From: Chthoniobacterales bacterium
GTDB lineage: Bacteria > Verrucomicrobiota > Verrucomicrobiia > Chthoniobacterales > Chthoniobacteraceae
Direction of reading: 5' to 3'
NCBI GenBank assembly: GCA_038207335.1
Contig: JBBQZX010000002.1
Location: 274,577 to 338,576 of the forward strand
DNA: 64,000 nucleotides
Part shown: positions 18,927-33,197 of the stretch, piece after piece
Numbering within the stretch: position 1 is the stretch's first letter
Layout of the letters: each line of letters begins with the position of its first letter
The notes under the pieces: generated by a model
The model's database searches: none
Told to the model about the DNA's origin: nothing
What the model saw: the letters and a program-made list of their open reading frames with translations, nothing else
Position numbers and translations under genes: made by a program

Positions 18927-19598
18927 ATGATTGACTACATGCAAAAGGGCGGGCCTCTCATGTGGCTCCTCCTGTTCTGCAGCGTGCTCGCGGGAGCGGT
19001 TTTCCTCGAGCGCGTCACCTACTTTCACCGCGCACACATCCGCGTCGGCGAATTCATGCGAGGCCTCGCAAACCTGCTCCAGCGCCGCAGCTTCGCCGAG
19101 GCGCTCCACGAATGTGCCGCCACTCCCGGCCCCGTCCCGCGCGTCATCCATGCCGCGATTTTGCGTCACGACGCGCCACGAGGTGAGCTCAAGGAAATCG
19201 TGCAGGAGGCCGGCCAGCTCGAGGTCCCGCGGCTCGAACGGCGGCTCGGAATGATCGTCACGATCTCATTCGCCGCGCCGCTCATCGGCCTGCTCGGCAC
19301 CGTCATGGGCCTCATCCAGGCATTCGTCACGATCTCGGCGCAGAGCGGCTTCGCGAGCTCCACGGACATCGCGAACGGCATCTACCAGAGCCTCCTCACC
19401 ACTGCCGCCGGCCTCGTCGTCGCCATCCCGTGCGCCATCGGATACGGCTACCTTTCCTCGCGGGTAAATTCGCTTCTGCACGACATGGAACGAGCCGGCA
19501 TCGAAGTCGTGAATCTCATTTGCGATCATCGCAAAAGTCCCGACATCATCGGCTTTCCGCCCGCCGCAAACGCCCTGGCGCGCAAGCACGCCGAGTAG
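18927..19598 (+). CDS. exbB: MotA/TolQ/ExbB proton channel protein
   Basis: GGPLMW, APLIGLLGTVMGLI, GIYQSLLTTAAGLVVAIP. Confidence 0.9.
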   Translation: MIDYMQKGGPLMWLLLFCSVLAGAVFLERVTYFHRAHIRVGEFMRGLANLLQRRSFAEALHECAATPGPVPRVIHAAILRHDAPRGELKEIVQEAGQLEVPRLERRLGMIVTISFAAPLIGLLGTVMGLIQAFVTISAQSGFASSTDIANGIYQSLLTTAAGLVVAIPCAIGYGYLSSRVNSLLHDMERAGIEVVNLICDHRKSPDIIGFPPAANALARKHAE

Positions 19599-19619
19599 CG
19601 ATCCCCACGATTCTTCGTC

Positions 19620-20024
19620 GTGAAACTCACGCGCCAACTCCGCTTTCACCCGGCGCTCGTCAGCGTCGTTCCGTTCGTCAACGTCCTCTTTTTGGTCGTC
19701 GTGTTTTTTGCGCTCAGCTCACGATTCGCCCTCCAGCCCGGCCTCGCGATCGCGCTGCCGAAGTCCTCCTTCACGCTCAGCCCGCCGCAGAATTCGCAAC
19801 TCGTCAGCATCGTCGGCGCGCCCGTCCCCGCGATCTATCACCGGAATCAGAAAGTGACGCTAGAGGAGCTCACCGCCCGCCTCCGCGACCCGCGCATGAA
19901 AGTGCGCTCGCTCATCATCCGCGCCGATCGCGGGACGCCGTACGCATTCCTCAGCGACGTCATGAACGCCGGCCTGCGCGAGAGATTTTCCATCGTGCTC
20001 GCTACCGAGCTCGAGCCTCGATGA
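19620..20024 (+). CDS. exbD: ExbD/TolR family protein
   Basis: VPFVNVLFLVVVFF TM segment, ALPKS, LIIRADRGTPY. Confidence 0.85.
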   Translation: MKLTRQLRFHPALVSVVPFVNVLFLVVVFFALSSRFALQPGLAIALPKSSFTLSPPQNSQLVSIVGAPVPAIYHRNQKVTLEELTARLRDPRMKVRSLIIRADRGTPYAFLSDVMNAGLRERFSIVLATELEPR

Positions 20025-20764
20025 GACCGCCCGCGCCCGCGGATTCCGCGCTGGTTTTCGATTGGGAAAAGCCGCACGGACTTTTCTCGTGGTTGCCGAT
20101 TTTCGTCTTCATCTCGGTCTTCGCGCACGCCGGCACCTTCTTCCTTTTTCAAGTCATTTATCCCGAACGCGCCACGATACCGCCTGCGCCGCCGGAGATT
20201 TCGGTCCTTCTGCCTTCGGAGGAAAATCAACCGCTCGTCCGGTGGATCGAAGCCGAGAATCCGGCGCTCATCGGCACCGCACAGCCACCCGTCCCTCCCG
20301 GTCTCGTGAAGGCCGAATATCGCCCGTCCTACGACGTCATCCGCACCGCTCCGCGCGGCCTCGCGGAGCCTCCGCTGCCATCCGGTTATCCGTCCGATCA
20401 ATCGCCGCTCGACATCATTCGAAGCGCCGAGCCAAAGGCCATCCCACCATCTCCAGCACAAGATCCTCAGCCGATTACGCTCGATTTTTCGAGTGAGATT
20501 TCAGCGCGCGCGCCGGCTCAAAAACCGCCGCTTAATTTTACAAAATCCCCCATCCCACTCGCCCCCGCACGCTTCCTCATCGGCGTCACCGATCGCGGCG
20601 AGGCACGCTTCGTTTTCCCGCAGCAATCCTCCGGCGATCCCGCGATCGACACCGAAGCCGCCGCCATCTTCACGCACCTCGCATTTTCACCGAACGAACG
20701 CCCGATCACATGGGGCTTCGCAACATTCCATTGGGGTGACGCAGCCTACTCGCCGGCAAAATGA
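20021..20764 (+). CDS. TonB-like protein (TM with SxxxH, Pro-rich linker, C-terminal domain)
   Basis: ATGA overlap with exbD; ISVFAHAG TM, Pro-rich middle, QSSGDPAIDTEA C-terminal motif. Confidence 0.6.
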   Translation: MRPPAPADSALVFDWEKPHGLFSWLPIFVFISVFAHAGTFFLFQVIYPERATIPPAPPEISVLLPSEENQPLVRWIEAENPALIGTAQPPVPPGLVKAEYRPSYDVIRTAPRGLAEPPLPSGYPSDQSPLDIIRSAEPKAIPPSPAQDPQPITLDFSSEISARAPAQKPPLNFTKSPIPLAPARFLIGVTDRGEARFVFPQQSSGDPAIDTEAAAIFTHLAFSPNERPITWGFATFHWGDAAYSPAK

Positions 20765-21000
20765 TTCCCGTCACGCTCAACACCCTCCTTTTCGTTTACC
20801 TCGCGCTCATGCTCGCGCTTATCTTCGGCGCGTGGTTCATCTCGAGCTGGCGTCGCCAATTGCGCGAGCGCCGCGCTTTCCGCCACATCGTCCGCTGCGC
20901 CATGTGCGCCCATGAGTTCGAGGACAAGGACGCCAGCCTCCTCGCACGCTGCCCGCGCTGCGCCAGCCTCAACGAACGCTACCGCCTCTCCCGTTTGTAG
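20761..21000 (+). CDS. Small membrane protein with C-terminal Zn ribbon
   Basis: N-terminal TM segment, CAMC...CPRC; ATGA-coupled to the upstream gene. Confidence 0.75.
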   Translation: MIPVTLNTLLFVYLALMLALIFGAWFISSWRRQLRERRAFRHIVRCAMCAHEFEDKDASLLARCPRCASLNERYRLSRL

Positions 21001-21053
21001 AGCCCCCGAGTTTCCCGCTTTTCACCGCCCGCCTCCTCCCGCTATCACCGCGC

Positions 21054-22616
<1,563 letters not shown>

Positions 22617-22625
22617 CGCGACGAA

Positions 22626-22718
22626 AACCACGAACGCACGATGAAAGACGTGGAAATACACGGCACTCAAAGGCCCGGCCTCATCCTCTCCCCTTCGTGC
22701 CCTCGTGACTTCGATGTT
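22626..22718. repeat. Degenerate intergenic inverted short-repeat element (ACCACGAA/CACGA ... TTCGTG/CTCGTG)
   Basis: AACCACGAACGCACGA on the left, CTTCGTGCCCTCGTGACTTCG on the right, after the guaB stop. Confidence 0.35.
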
Positions 22719-22802
22719 AAAGAAATCGCGCGACCTGCGCAGCCACGATGACCCTCAAAAATCTCGCGCGCTTCACTTCAAATCTCTGTACTCCGGCCGG
22801 TC

Positions 22803-23864
22803 CTAAGGGCTCCCATTCGGCAACACTGGATTCGGCTTTTTCGCTGTAGCCGTTCCCGCCGCAGGTTTCGGTTTGGCCGCGCCTTTCGGGGGCGGTGGAG
22901 GCGGCATGATCCCCAAGAGATCCAGCGCGCCGACTGCCTCCAGAAAGCGCACGTTGCCCTCCGCATCCGGTGCTCCGTATCCGTCCACAATGCCGACGAG
23001 TTCCCCCGCATCGTTCACGAGCGGCATTCCCATGACATCGCGGATGGCAATCGGCGCCTCGAGCGCAACTGTGAACCATTCGCCGCTGCTAAAAACATTC
23101 TCCACCCGAGATGACGCAAATTCCTGGTCGATCTTGTCTTCGTGAATCGCCGCGCGCGCCAAACGCAAGTGATCGCCGACACTCGCGGGCAACAGCTGCG
23201 GCTTCAGCGGCGCGACCGGTGGCTGTTTCACATCGGCCGGCTTGAATTCAAGAAGCCATGTGAGCTGCCGACCAATGAGCCCCGGAGCGCGTGCGAGCCC
23301 GATAGCGGCCAGTTCCAAGCCCGGTTTTTCAGGCTGTGAAAAAGTCCACTTCAAGCACGGGAGCGCGTTCGAATTCGGGTCCAGAGCCATGCTCGCCGGC
23401 AGCGCGTGGACGACCGCATAAACCCCTTCCGGCGCGCGACAGAAGAACGCCGTCCCCGGCCGCACGCGCCCAGCCTTCAGCGTCGCTGCGCTTTTCACAA
23501 AAATCCGGCCGACGTCCTTCTGAAAGAGCGAAACCTTCGGGACCTCCAAGACTTTCGGACGCGTCGCCCACTTGATCAGCACGAATCCGCCGTAGAGCAA
23601 TCCAAGGCCAAGGAGCAGCACCACGCCCAGCCAGCCGAAGAGCGAAAGCTTCGGCGCCGCCGATTCGCCGATGCGATACCTGCTCAACAAGTGCTGGTTC
23701 GCTTTGCGAAATGCCTCGCTCTTCAGCTTGCCGTGACACGGGCAGCAGAGGTGCTCAGCGCCGTGCCGCACAGTCAAATGCTCCGGCCATTTTTGATTGC
23801 AAATGACGCACTCAAAAAAGGCGACGTCGGGTTCTGTGTTCTGAGCCGGTTCCGCAGAGTTCAT
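22803..23864 (-). CDS. Membrane-anchored protein with N-terminal Cys cluster and degenerate trypsin-like domain
   Basis: CVIC...CCPCH, one TM, PGTAFF...VHAL, VMGMPLVNDAGELVGIV. Confidence 0.65.
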   Translation of the reverse strand: MNSAEPAQNTEPDVAFFECVICNQKWPEHLTVRHGAEHLCCPCHGKLKSEAFRKANQHLLSRYRIGESAAPKLSLFGWLGVVLLLGLGLLYGGFVLIKWATRPKVLEVPKVSLFQKDVGRIFVKSAATLKAGRVRPGTAFFCRAPEGVYAVVHALPASMALDPNSNALPCLKWTFSQPEKPGLELAAIGLARAPGLIGRQLTWLLEFKPADVKQPPVAPLKPQLLPASVGDHLRLARAAIHEDKIDQEFASSRVENVFSSGEWFTVALEAPIAIRDVMGMPLVNDAGELVGIVDGYGAPDAEGNVRFLEAVGALDLLGIMPPPPPPKGAAKPKPAAGTATAKKPNPVLPNGSP

Positions 23865-24147
23865 GATGGGTGGATTTGGAAAATTCTCACTCCTGCCAAA
23901 GCAACGCGCGTGCCGAACGGCCGCGCACTTCCCCTGCTTTTCAAAGACGTGAACGCTCGTCTTTCACCTAAATTCGCGCGCAACACTCCATGTGAAATGC
24001 GTCACCGGACGCTCGCGCAACAGCATCGGAAACGCAGTCGCGAACAGCATCGTCGACTGCGCTTCTGGTGCTCGCACCGCTGACTTTTATCCGACGCAAG
24101 CGCGCCGCGCGTTGACACACGAGTGCCACTCTGGTGCTCCTTTTGGG

Positions 24148-24525
24148 ATGAAGAAAGTAATCGCGACCACCGACGCGCCTGCCGCTGTAGGGCCGTATTC
24201 ACAGGCCATCGCAGCCGACGACCTGCTTTTTTGCGCTGGCCAAATTCCGCTCGATCCTGCCACCGGCGAGATCGCCGCGGGCGGCATCACTGCGCAGACT
24301 GAGCGTGTCCTGCAAAACGTCGCCGCCGTCCTCACCGCAAATGGAATGACCTTTTCGGATGTCGTGAAGACGACTGTGTTCATGACGAACCTCGCCGATT
24401 TCGCTGCGATGAATGCAGTTTACTCGCAGCACTTCGCTGAGCCGTTCCCGGCGCGCTCGACCGTTCAAGTTTCAGCTCTTCCGCGCGGGGCGCAGGTGGA
24501 AATTGAAGTCATCGCAGCGCGGTAG
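24148..24525 (+). CDS. ridA: RidA/YjgF enamine-imine deaminase
   Basis: APAAVGPYSQA, GQIPLDP, PARSTVQVSALP, VEIE. Confidence 0.95.
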   Translation: MKKVIATTDAPAAVGPYSQAIAADDLLFCAGQIPLDPATGEIAAGGITAQTERVLQNVAAVLTANGMTFSDVVKTTVFMTNLADFAAMNAVYSQHFAEPFPARSTVQVSALPRGAQVEIEVIAAR

Positions 24526-24616
24526 ATTTCACTTTTTCCCGGTACGCTTCGAACGCGCTCTCGACATTCGATGCGCTTGCCGCAACTCCCGACCAGCCAC
24601 TCTCAACTCATCTCAC

Positions 24617-25186
24617 ATGCCCGACGATCTCCTCGCCCTTTTCCGCCAGACCAATGCACTGCTCGAAGGCCACTTCCTGCTCCGCTCCGGCCTTCACTCG
24701 CGCCAGTTTTTTCAGTGTGCGCTGCTGCTTCAGCACACGCCGATCGCGGCACGCGTTTGCGCGATGCTCGCGGAAAAATTGCGAGGCATCGATGCGCAGC
24801 GCGTGATTTCACCGGCTCTCGGCGGAATCATCGTTGGCCATGAAATCGCGCGTGCGCTCGAACTCCCGCACATTTTCGCGGAGAAAAATGACGCGGGCGC
24901 ACTCGTGCTTCGGCGCGGATTCGTCATCGCGCCGGGCGACAAATTCATCATCTGCGAAGATGTCGTGACGCGCGGCGGACGCGTGCAGGAGACGATCGAA
25001 ATCGTCCGATCGCACGGCGGAATCGTCGCCGCCATAGCCGCCATCGTCGATCGCAGCGGCGGCAATCTACCCGACTTCGGCGCGCCTTTCATCGCGCTGA
25101 CTCAGATGAACGTGGAGACGTTCGAGCCCGACAATCTTCCGCCCGACCTCGCTGGCACGCCCGCGATCAAACCTGGCTCGAAATAA
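24617..25186 (+). CDS. pyrE: Orotate phosphoribosyltransferase
   Basis: [15 protein letters not shown] motif [15 protein letters not shown]. Confidence 0.93.
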   Translation: MPDDLLALFRQTNALLEGHFLLRSGLHSRQFFQCALLLQHTPIAARVCAMLAEKLRGIDAQRVISPALGGIIVGHEIARALELPHIFAEKNDAGALVLRRGFVIAPGDKFIICEDVVTRGGRVQETIEIVRSHGGIVAAIAAIVDRSGGNLPDFGAPFIALTQMNVETFEPDNLPPDLAGTPAIKPGSK

Positions 25187-25256
25187 CCCGGCGCGCTCCC
25201 GCATTGCACCGCTCGCCGAGGCACCCTACATTCCCGGCCCCTTTTACCTCGTCATC

Positions 25257-28214
<2,958 letters not shown>

Positions 28215-28308
28215 AGCCACCGTCGCCAGCGGCAATGAGCAGGGGCGGCGAGACGAACATCTCCCCCGCGCCCGCCCAAGCATGGCTCCCGCCAAGGGAC
28301 GCCAGCGA

Positions 28309-28476
28309 ACGGCACGCCGATCCCCGAGATCCGCACGGGGACCTTCGAGATCTGCACGGGGATTTCTAAAATCGGCACGAGGATCGTCTAAATCTGCGCG
28401 GGGATTTTTAAAATCGGCACGGGGATCGTCGCAATCCGCACGCCGATCTTTAAAATCGGCACGAAGATTTTGTTAA
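28309..28476 (+). repeat. Tandem array of 8 x 21-bp degenerate units (consensus about TCNGCACGGGGATYNTNNRAA)
   Basis: Units start at 28309, 28330, 28351, 28372, 28393, 28414, 28435, 28456, exact 21-bp period. Confidence 0.9.
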
Positions 28477-28490
28477 TCTTCGTGCCGATT
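28454..28490. repeat. Perfect 16-bp inverted repeat closing the 21-bp array
   Basis: AATCGGCACGAAGATT-TTGTT-AATCTTCGTGCCGATT. Confidence 0.85.
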
Positions 28491-28590
28491 ACAAGAATCC
28501 TTGTGTAATGTTCCACACCTTTTCCACCCTCAAACATAGGCAACATGCCCTTTATGTTCCACAAACCCCACCCAAGCACTCCCCCTCCCC

Positions 28591-28618
28591 CTTCAACGCC
28601 GCACCCGTCGCCCGCCCC
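28591..28618 (+). repeat. 28-nt conserved motif, copy 1
   Basis: CTTCAACGCCGCACCCGTCGCCCGCCCC; 26/28 identical to the reverse complement of 38899-38926. Confidence 0.85.
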
Positions 28619-28763
28619 GCCATTGAGAACAATGCGCACGCTTTCCCGCTCGCTTCGGGCAGTCCAATCGGAAGGCAGATGGGGGGAGATTTTGAAGCGA
28701 GTTTGGACGACGGCGCTGACGGACTCGGTGGTGACGCATCACTGGGAGCCGTCGTGGCGGGGC

Positions 28764-28793
28764 TTGACGGGGGGTTTTCGCGTCCCCTAGCAT
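28764..28793 (+). promoter_or_regulatory. Putative sigma70 promoter of accBC
   Basis: TTGACG-18 bp-TAGCAT, 33 bp upstream of the accB start. Confidence 0.5.
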
Positions 28794-28826
28794 CCGCGAC
28801 TCATCCAACCAAAACACCCCACGCAC

Positions 28827-29279
28827 TTGGACTTAAAAGATATCAAGGAGCTCATAGCTCTGATGAAAAAGAACGATCTCTCGGTCTTCAAAATGGAGAA
28901 CGAGGGATTCAAAATTACGCTGAAGAAGGGGTGTGATTTTCAACCGCAAATCGTCGCCGCCGCTCCGCAACAATTCGCCCCGCCCGCCGCGCCCGCGGCA
29001 ACTCCCGCCGGAGCGCCCGCCGCGGCGGCCGAGGCTGAGAAGCTGCGCGAGATCAGTTCGCCGATGGTCGGCACATTTTACGGTGCACCGTCGCCGGAGT
29101 CAGCGAGCTACGTGAGCCCGGGGCAGGAGGTGACGGAGGACACGGTGGTATGCATCATTGAGGCGATGAAGGTGATGAATGAGATCAAGGCCGAGTGCCG
29201 CGGAATCATCGCGGAGGTCGTCGCGGAGAGCGGAAAACCGGTGCAGTTCGGGCAAGCGCTGTTCCGGCTGAAGGCGTAA
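28827..29279 (+). CDS. accB: Acetyl-CoA carboxylase biotin carboxyl carrier protein
   Basis: [19 protein letters not shown] biotinylation motif; TTG start. Confidence 0.96.
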   Translation: MDLKDIKELIALMKKNDLSVFKMENEGFKITLKKGCDFQPQIVAAAPQQFAPPAAPAATPAGAPAAAAEAEKLREISSPMVGTFYGAPSPESASYVSPGQEVTEDTVVCIIEAMKVMNEIKAECRGIIAEVVAESGKPVQFGQALFRLKA

Positions 29280-30647
29280 ATGTTCTCCAAAGTCCTGATC
29301 GCCAATCGCGGCGAAATCGCCCTGCGCGTGATCCGCGCGTGCAAGGAACTGGGGATCAAAACGCTGGCGGTTTATTCCGAGGCGGACGTGGATTCGCTGC
29401 ATGTGCAGCTCGCGGATGAGGCGATTTGCATCGGGCCGGCGCTGAGTTCGCAGAGCTATTTGAAGATCGACCGGATCATCAGCGCGGCGGAAATCGGCAA
29501 TGTGGATGCGATCCATCCGGGCTACGGATTCCTCTCCGAGAACGCCCACTTCGCGGATGTGTGCGCAAGCTGCAATATCAAATTCATCGGGCCGCCCGCC
29601 GACGCGATCCGCAAGATGGGCGACAAAAATATCGCGCGCGCGACCGCGCGAAAAGCCGGAGTGCCCGTGACGCCCGGCAGCGACGGACTCGTCGAGACGG
29701 AGCAGGAGGCGCTGAAGGTCGCGAAGAAAATCGGATACCCGGTGATGATCAAAGCGGTCGCCGGCGGAGGAGGAAAAGGGATGCGCGCCGCGCACAACGA
29801 CGTGTCGCTTGTGCAGGGTTTTCACGGTGCGCGGATGGAGGCGGAGAAGGCATTCGGCAACGCGGGCGTCTATATCGAGAAGCTGATCGAGAACCCGCAT
29901 CATGTGGAATTTCAAGTCATGGCCGACTCGCATGGCGATGTCGTCCACATCGGTGAGCGCGACTGCTCGATGCAGCGGCGCAATCAGAAGATAATCGAGG
30001 AAACACCGTCGCCACTGATGACCGAGGGCCTGCGGAAGAAGATGGGCGCGGCCTCGGTGAAGCTGGCGTCGTCGGTGGATTACATCGGTGCCGGAACGAT
30101 GGAGTATCTCGTGGATGACCGCGGGAATTTCTACTTCATGGAGATGAACACGCGCATCCAGGTCGAGCACACGATCACCGAGGAGGCATACGGCATCGAT
30201 CTCGTGAAAGAGCAACTCAAGGTCGCAGCAGGCGAATCGCTCTCAAATTTCGTCCGCAACGCGAAGCTCAAATACCACGCGATTGAGTGCCGTGTGAACG
30301 CCGAGGACCCGTTCAACAACTTCCAGCCGAGCCCCGGCAAGATCGACCTCTACTACGCGCCGGGCGGCCGCGGCATTCGCATCGACTCGCACGCCTACTC
30401 CGGCTACACGGTGCCGCCGCACTACGACTCGATGATCGCGAAAATCATCGCCACCGGCACGACGCGAAACAATGCGATCGACCGGATGCGCCGCGCCCTC
30501 GGCGAATATCTCGTGCGCGGGATCAAGACCACGATCCCTTTTCAAGAGACGATCATGCGCGACCCGGATTTCATCCGCGGAAAGTACGACACGAGCTTTG
30601 TCGGAAAGCTCATCGAGTCCGGCGTCGCAAAGCTGCGCCACGGCTAA
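29280..30647 (+). CDS. accC: Biotin carboxylase
   Basis: [44 protein letters not shown]. Confidence 0.97.
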   Translation: MFSKVLIANRGEIALRVIRACKELGIKTLAVYSEADVDSLHVQLADEAICIGPALSSQSYLKIDRIISAAEIGNVDAIHPGYGFLSENAHFADVCASCNIKFIGPPADAIRKMGDKNIARATARKAGVPVTPGSDGLVETEQEALKVAKKIGYPVMIKAVAGGGGKGMRAAHNDVSLVQGFHGARMEAEKAFGNAGVYIEKLIENPHHVEFQVMADSHGDVVHIGERDCSMQRRNQKIIEETPSPLMTEGLRKKMGAASVKLASSVDYIGAGTMEYLVDDRGNFYFMEMNTRIQVEHTITEEAYGIDLVKEQLKVAAGESLSNFVRNAKLKYHAIECRVNAEDPFNNFQPSPGKIDLYYAPGGRGIRIDSHAYSGYTVPPHYDSMIAKIIATGTTRNNAIDRMRRALGEYLVRGIKTTIPFQETIMRDPDFIRGKYDTSFVGKLIESGVAKLRHG

Positions 30648-30661
30648 GCGTGAAGAGCGCC

Positions 30662-31234
30662 TTAGCGCTCCCAGCTCCAGTGAAACATGCTCTTGATCGC
30701 CTGCCGGCGGAGAGCAGCGAAGTCGTCCTTTTGCGCGGTGACTAGGAGCAGGAGCGAGTCGGATGGATAAAGATCGACGATCGAGATCGAGGTGGAAAAG
30801 CGGCTTGCCTGCGAGAGGTAGCTGAATTGCAACTCGCGGCTCGAGACATTGCGCAGCGAGAAGGGGCATGTGACTTCCTCGAGGTAGGTCACCTCCGTCG
30901 CATCGCTCGGCAGGAAGCTCTTCACCCATTTCGTCAGGTCTTCGAAGTCCGGGGTGAGCGGAGGCGGTTGCGCGGCTTTGCGATCCACGAGTTCGAGATC
31001 GACGGCTGCCTGAGTCAGCTCCTGCGGGTATAGGGTGAGGTGCTTTCCTCCTCCGCTCATCTTCCACTCGGAGGGCGGCTGCCAGGCGACCTTCTCGGCA
31101 CCATCGGTAAAGTTGACGACGGGAACCGCTAACCCCTCGAGTTCACGAGTCCCTGAGATCGGGGTCAGATCAAGCGCGAGCAGCAGCGGGGCGGAGGCGA
31201 TGCAAAAGAGGAAGGGTAGGACGAGACTTTTCAT
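30662..31234 (-). CDS. Hypothetical secreted protein
   Basis: Signal peptide MKSLVLPFLFCIASAPLLLA; starts 4 bp after the PilX-like gene. Confidence 0.7.
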   Translation of the reverse strand: MKSLVLPFLFCIASAPLLLALDLTPISGTRELEGLAVPVVNFTDGAEKVAWQPPSEWKMSGGGKHLTLYPQELTQAAVDLELVDRKAAQPPPLTPDFEDLTKWVKSFLPSDATEVTYLEEVTCPFSLRNVSSRELQFSYLSQASRFSTSISIVDLYPSDSLLLLVTAQKDDFAALRRQAIKSMFHWSWER

Positions 31235-31238
31235 GATT

Positions 31239-33197
31239 TCAGCGAAGCACCCAACGACCGCGCTCGTAAATCCGGGCAACGTGGAAGCCGGGTGGGTTGC
31301 GATCGGACAGGAGCGGATCGTAATACCAGTGGCGATCAGGCGCGCCGTAGCTGGCCGCACCCCACGGTTGAGTCGCCTCTTCGCTATCATAGAGAAGCGC
31401 TGTGGCACCGTAGATCGTGGCATATTTTCCGGCCCACTTTTCGTGGAAACGGACAAAGTTCTCGATGCCACCGCTGTAGTTGCCACTGCCGGTGCGGGTG
31501 GGAACATTGCCCGCTACGATGGCCGTATTGATGGTCGTTGGAGTCGAGACACGGCTTGTGAGGGCCAAATCAGAATTCGCATCGTTCCATGCGTTGGAGA
31601 GAATGTTTACCGCGTCACCAACGACGGAGGACGGGGGCCGGACGTAGGAACCCACGACCGGGCTTGGATTCGCGTTGTTATTGTAGCTGGAGGCAGTGTT
31701 TGAAGGGGGCTGCACAGTGTTGCTTCCGGTATTGTAGTCACCCGCGATGTAAACGCTATGCGGACTCACGACCGTGAAGCCCGCTGTGGGAAGAACTCCA
31801 CCTTTCACCAGCTTGACACCGCGGGCTCCGCCACTGGTGACAGTTTTAACCAATGCACCTGTGGAAGAATTGACAATTTTCGTCTGGTTTCCGCTCGCTA
31901 CAGTCGTGCCAGTGTTGCCGGAGCTGGTATCTTTGATATACAGGGTAATTCCGTCACCGCCGCCGACTCGGTCTTTGAGAGTCCCAGCGTCGGAAGAAGT
32001 TTTTACCGAGCTGACATCGAGGACAACCAGCTTCACATAGTCGGCGTCTCGGACGTCTTTGATGGCTGTATTTGTCGTGATTGCTGCCTTGAGCGCAACA
32101 TACTCTGCCGAAGTCGAGGCAAGCGGAGTAGCGGATGTCCCGGCGTAAATAGTGACACTGTTGTCTGCGGCCACTACGACGCGATAATCGGAGTTCGCGG
32201 ATAGGCGTTCGCTGCCGGTTTGATCGTCGTTCAAATAGGGATCAATTTGGAGAGGGTCAGTGCCGGTGGTGCCGCTCGTTACCTTTTCCTCAATGATTTC
32301 ATGATAGCCATCATTGTTCTTGTTGCCGTCTGAGTCGGTGTCGTTCAGCGATGAATCATCCAAGAAGTTTGGGTCCATCAAGTTCGTACTCACGTCCAAC
32401 AGCTTCTGTTCACTTCCACGATGCGGGGGATTATTGATGTCCCAGTTGTCGCCAAACCCGTTGGTTGGAATGGTAGGAGCGGTGCCTGGTCTGCGCGAGT
32501 CCGCGACGCGATAGTCCATCGTCTGAGTCCCCAAGAATGTAACGTCTTTCTGAAAATGGAGGAAGTCGTGGGCTGTGTATAGGTCACCTCCAATGTAAGC
32601 AGTTCCGCCGATATACATGGGAGCTCCGGGATGGAATTCGGTGACGGGTTGCGCTCCGAAGTAAAAGTTATCGAAAATACTACGACCGCTTCGGACGAAA
32701 CTCCGCTTGATGGTGACCGTACTCATCCCTCGCATCACCGGAAAATTGACTGCCACAGTGGCTACATAGTAAAGCCGTGTGCGCTGCGTCCAGTTCGTGC
32801 CGCTTTCCGCGGCGGGCCTCGCGCTCGGTGCGGTTAATTCGACAAGAAGGGGGGTCGCTGCCAGTACTGTTGGAGCCGATACGAGCGAAATGTTGGTCGG
32901 CGCCGCGATCACAGCAGTCGTGGGAGCACTGATCTTTGTAGCCAGTGCGCTGTTGGTTAACCCGTCCCGGCGATCCGTGGCGTCGGTCACGGAGATCATC
33001 GCTTGGCGCCACTGCTCATAAACCTGTTCGATCACGGCATCGCCGTATGCCAGCGCCTCGGCGCGATGCACCGTTCTTCCTGCCATTCGCGTGTTATTGG
33101 CTGTGACCGAGAGCATGATTGCCACGAGGCTGCTCACGGCCGCCATGGTGAACATCACCGCGAGCAAGCTACTGCCGGATTGGGAGTTGTTTTTCAT
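31239..33197 (-). CDS. PilX-like large minor pilin / tip protein
   Basis: MKNNSQSG-SSLLAVMFTMAAV type III signal without Glu5; C-terminal YIAGDYN, GDAVNILS, YSGGIENFVRFHEKW, PDRHWYYD. Confidence 0.75.
   Translation of the reverse strand: MKNNSQSGSSLLAVMFTMAAVSSLVAIMLSVTANNTRMAGRTVHRAEALAYGDAVIEQVYEQWRQAMISVTDATDRRDGLTNSALATKISAPTTAVIAAPTNISLVSAPTVLAATPLLVELTAPSARPAAESGTNWTQRTRLYYVATVAVNFPVMRGMSTVTIKRSFVRSGRSIFDNFYFGAQPVTEFHPGAPMYIGGTAYIGGDLYTAHDFLHFQKDVTFLGTQTMDYRVADSRRPGTAPTIPTNGFGDNWDINNPPHRGSEQKLLDVSTNLMDPNFLDDSSLNDTDSDGNKNNDGYHEIIEEKVTSGTTGTDPLQIDPYLNDDQTGSERLSANSDYRVVVAADNSVTIYAGTSATPLASTSAEYVALKAAITTNTAIKDVRDADYVKLVVLDVSSVKTSSDAGTLKDRVGGGDGITLYIKDTSSGNTGTTVASGNQTKIVNSSTGALVKTVTSGGARGVKLVKGGVLPTAGFTVVSPHSVYIAGDYNTGSNTVQPPSNTASSYNNNANPSPVVGSYVRPPSSVVGDAVNILSNAWNDANSDLALTSRVSTPTTINTAIVAGNVPTRTGSGNYSGGIENFVRFHEKWAGKYATIYGATALLYDSEEATQPWGAASYGAPDRHWYYDPLLSDRNPPGFHVARIYERGRWVLR

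Noticed and set aside
24112..24140. Promoter for ridA from a perfect TTGACA
   Set aside because: No credible -10 hexamer at 16-18 bp spacing
28309..28476. CRISPR array or TIGR-type guide array (also considered for 39001-39168)
   Set aside because: No unique spacers between constant repeats, units are mutually related, and no cas or Nop-domain gene is in the window
28509..28563. TGTTCCACA x2 as DnaA boxes or parS
   Set aside because: One mismatch to the relaxed DnaA box and only half of a parS palindrome; no dnaA, dnaN or parAB context
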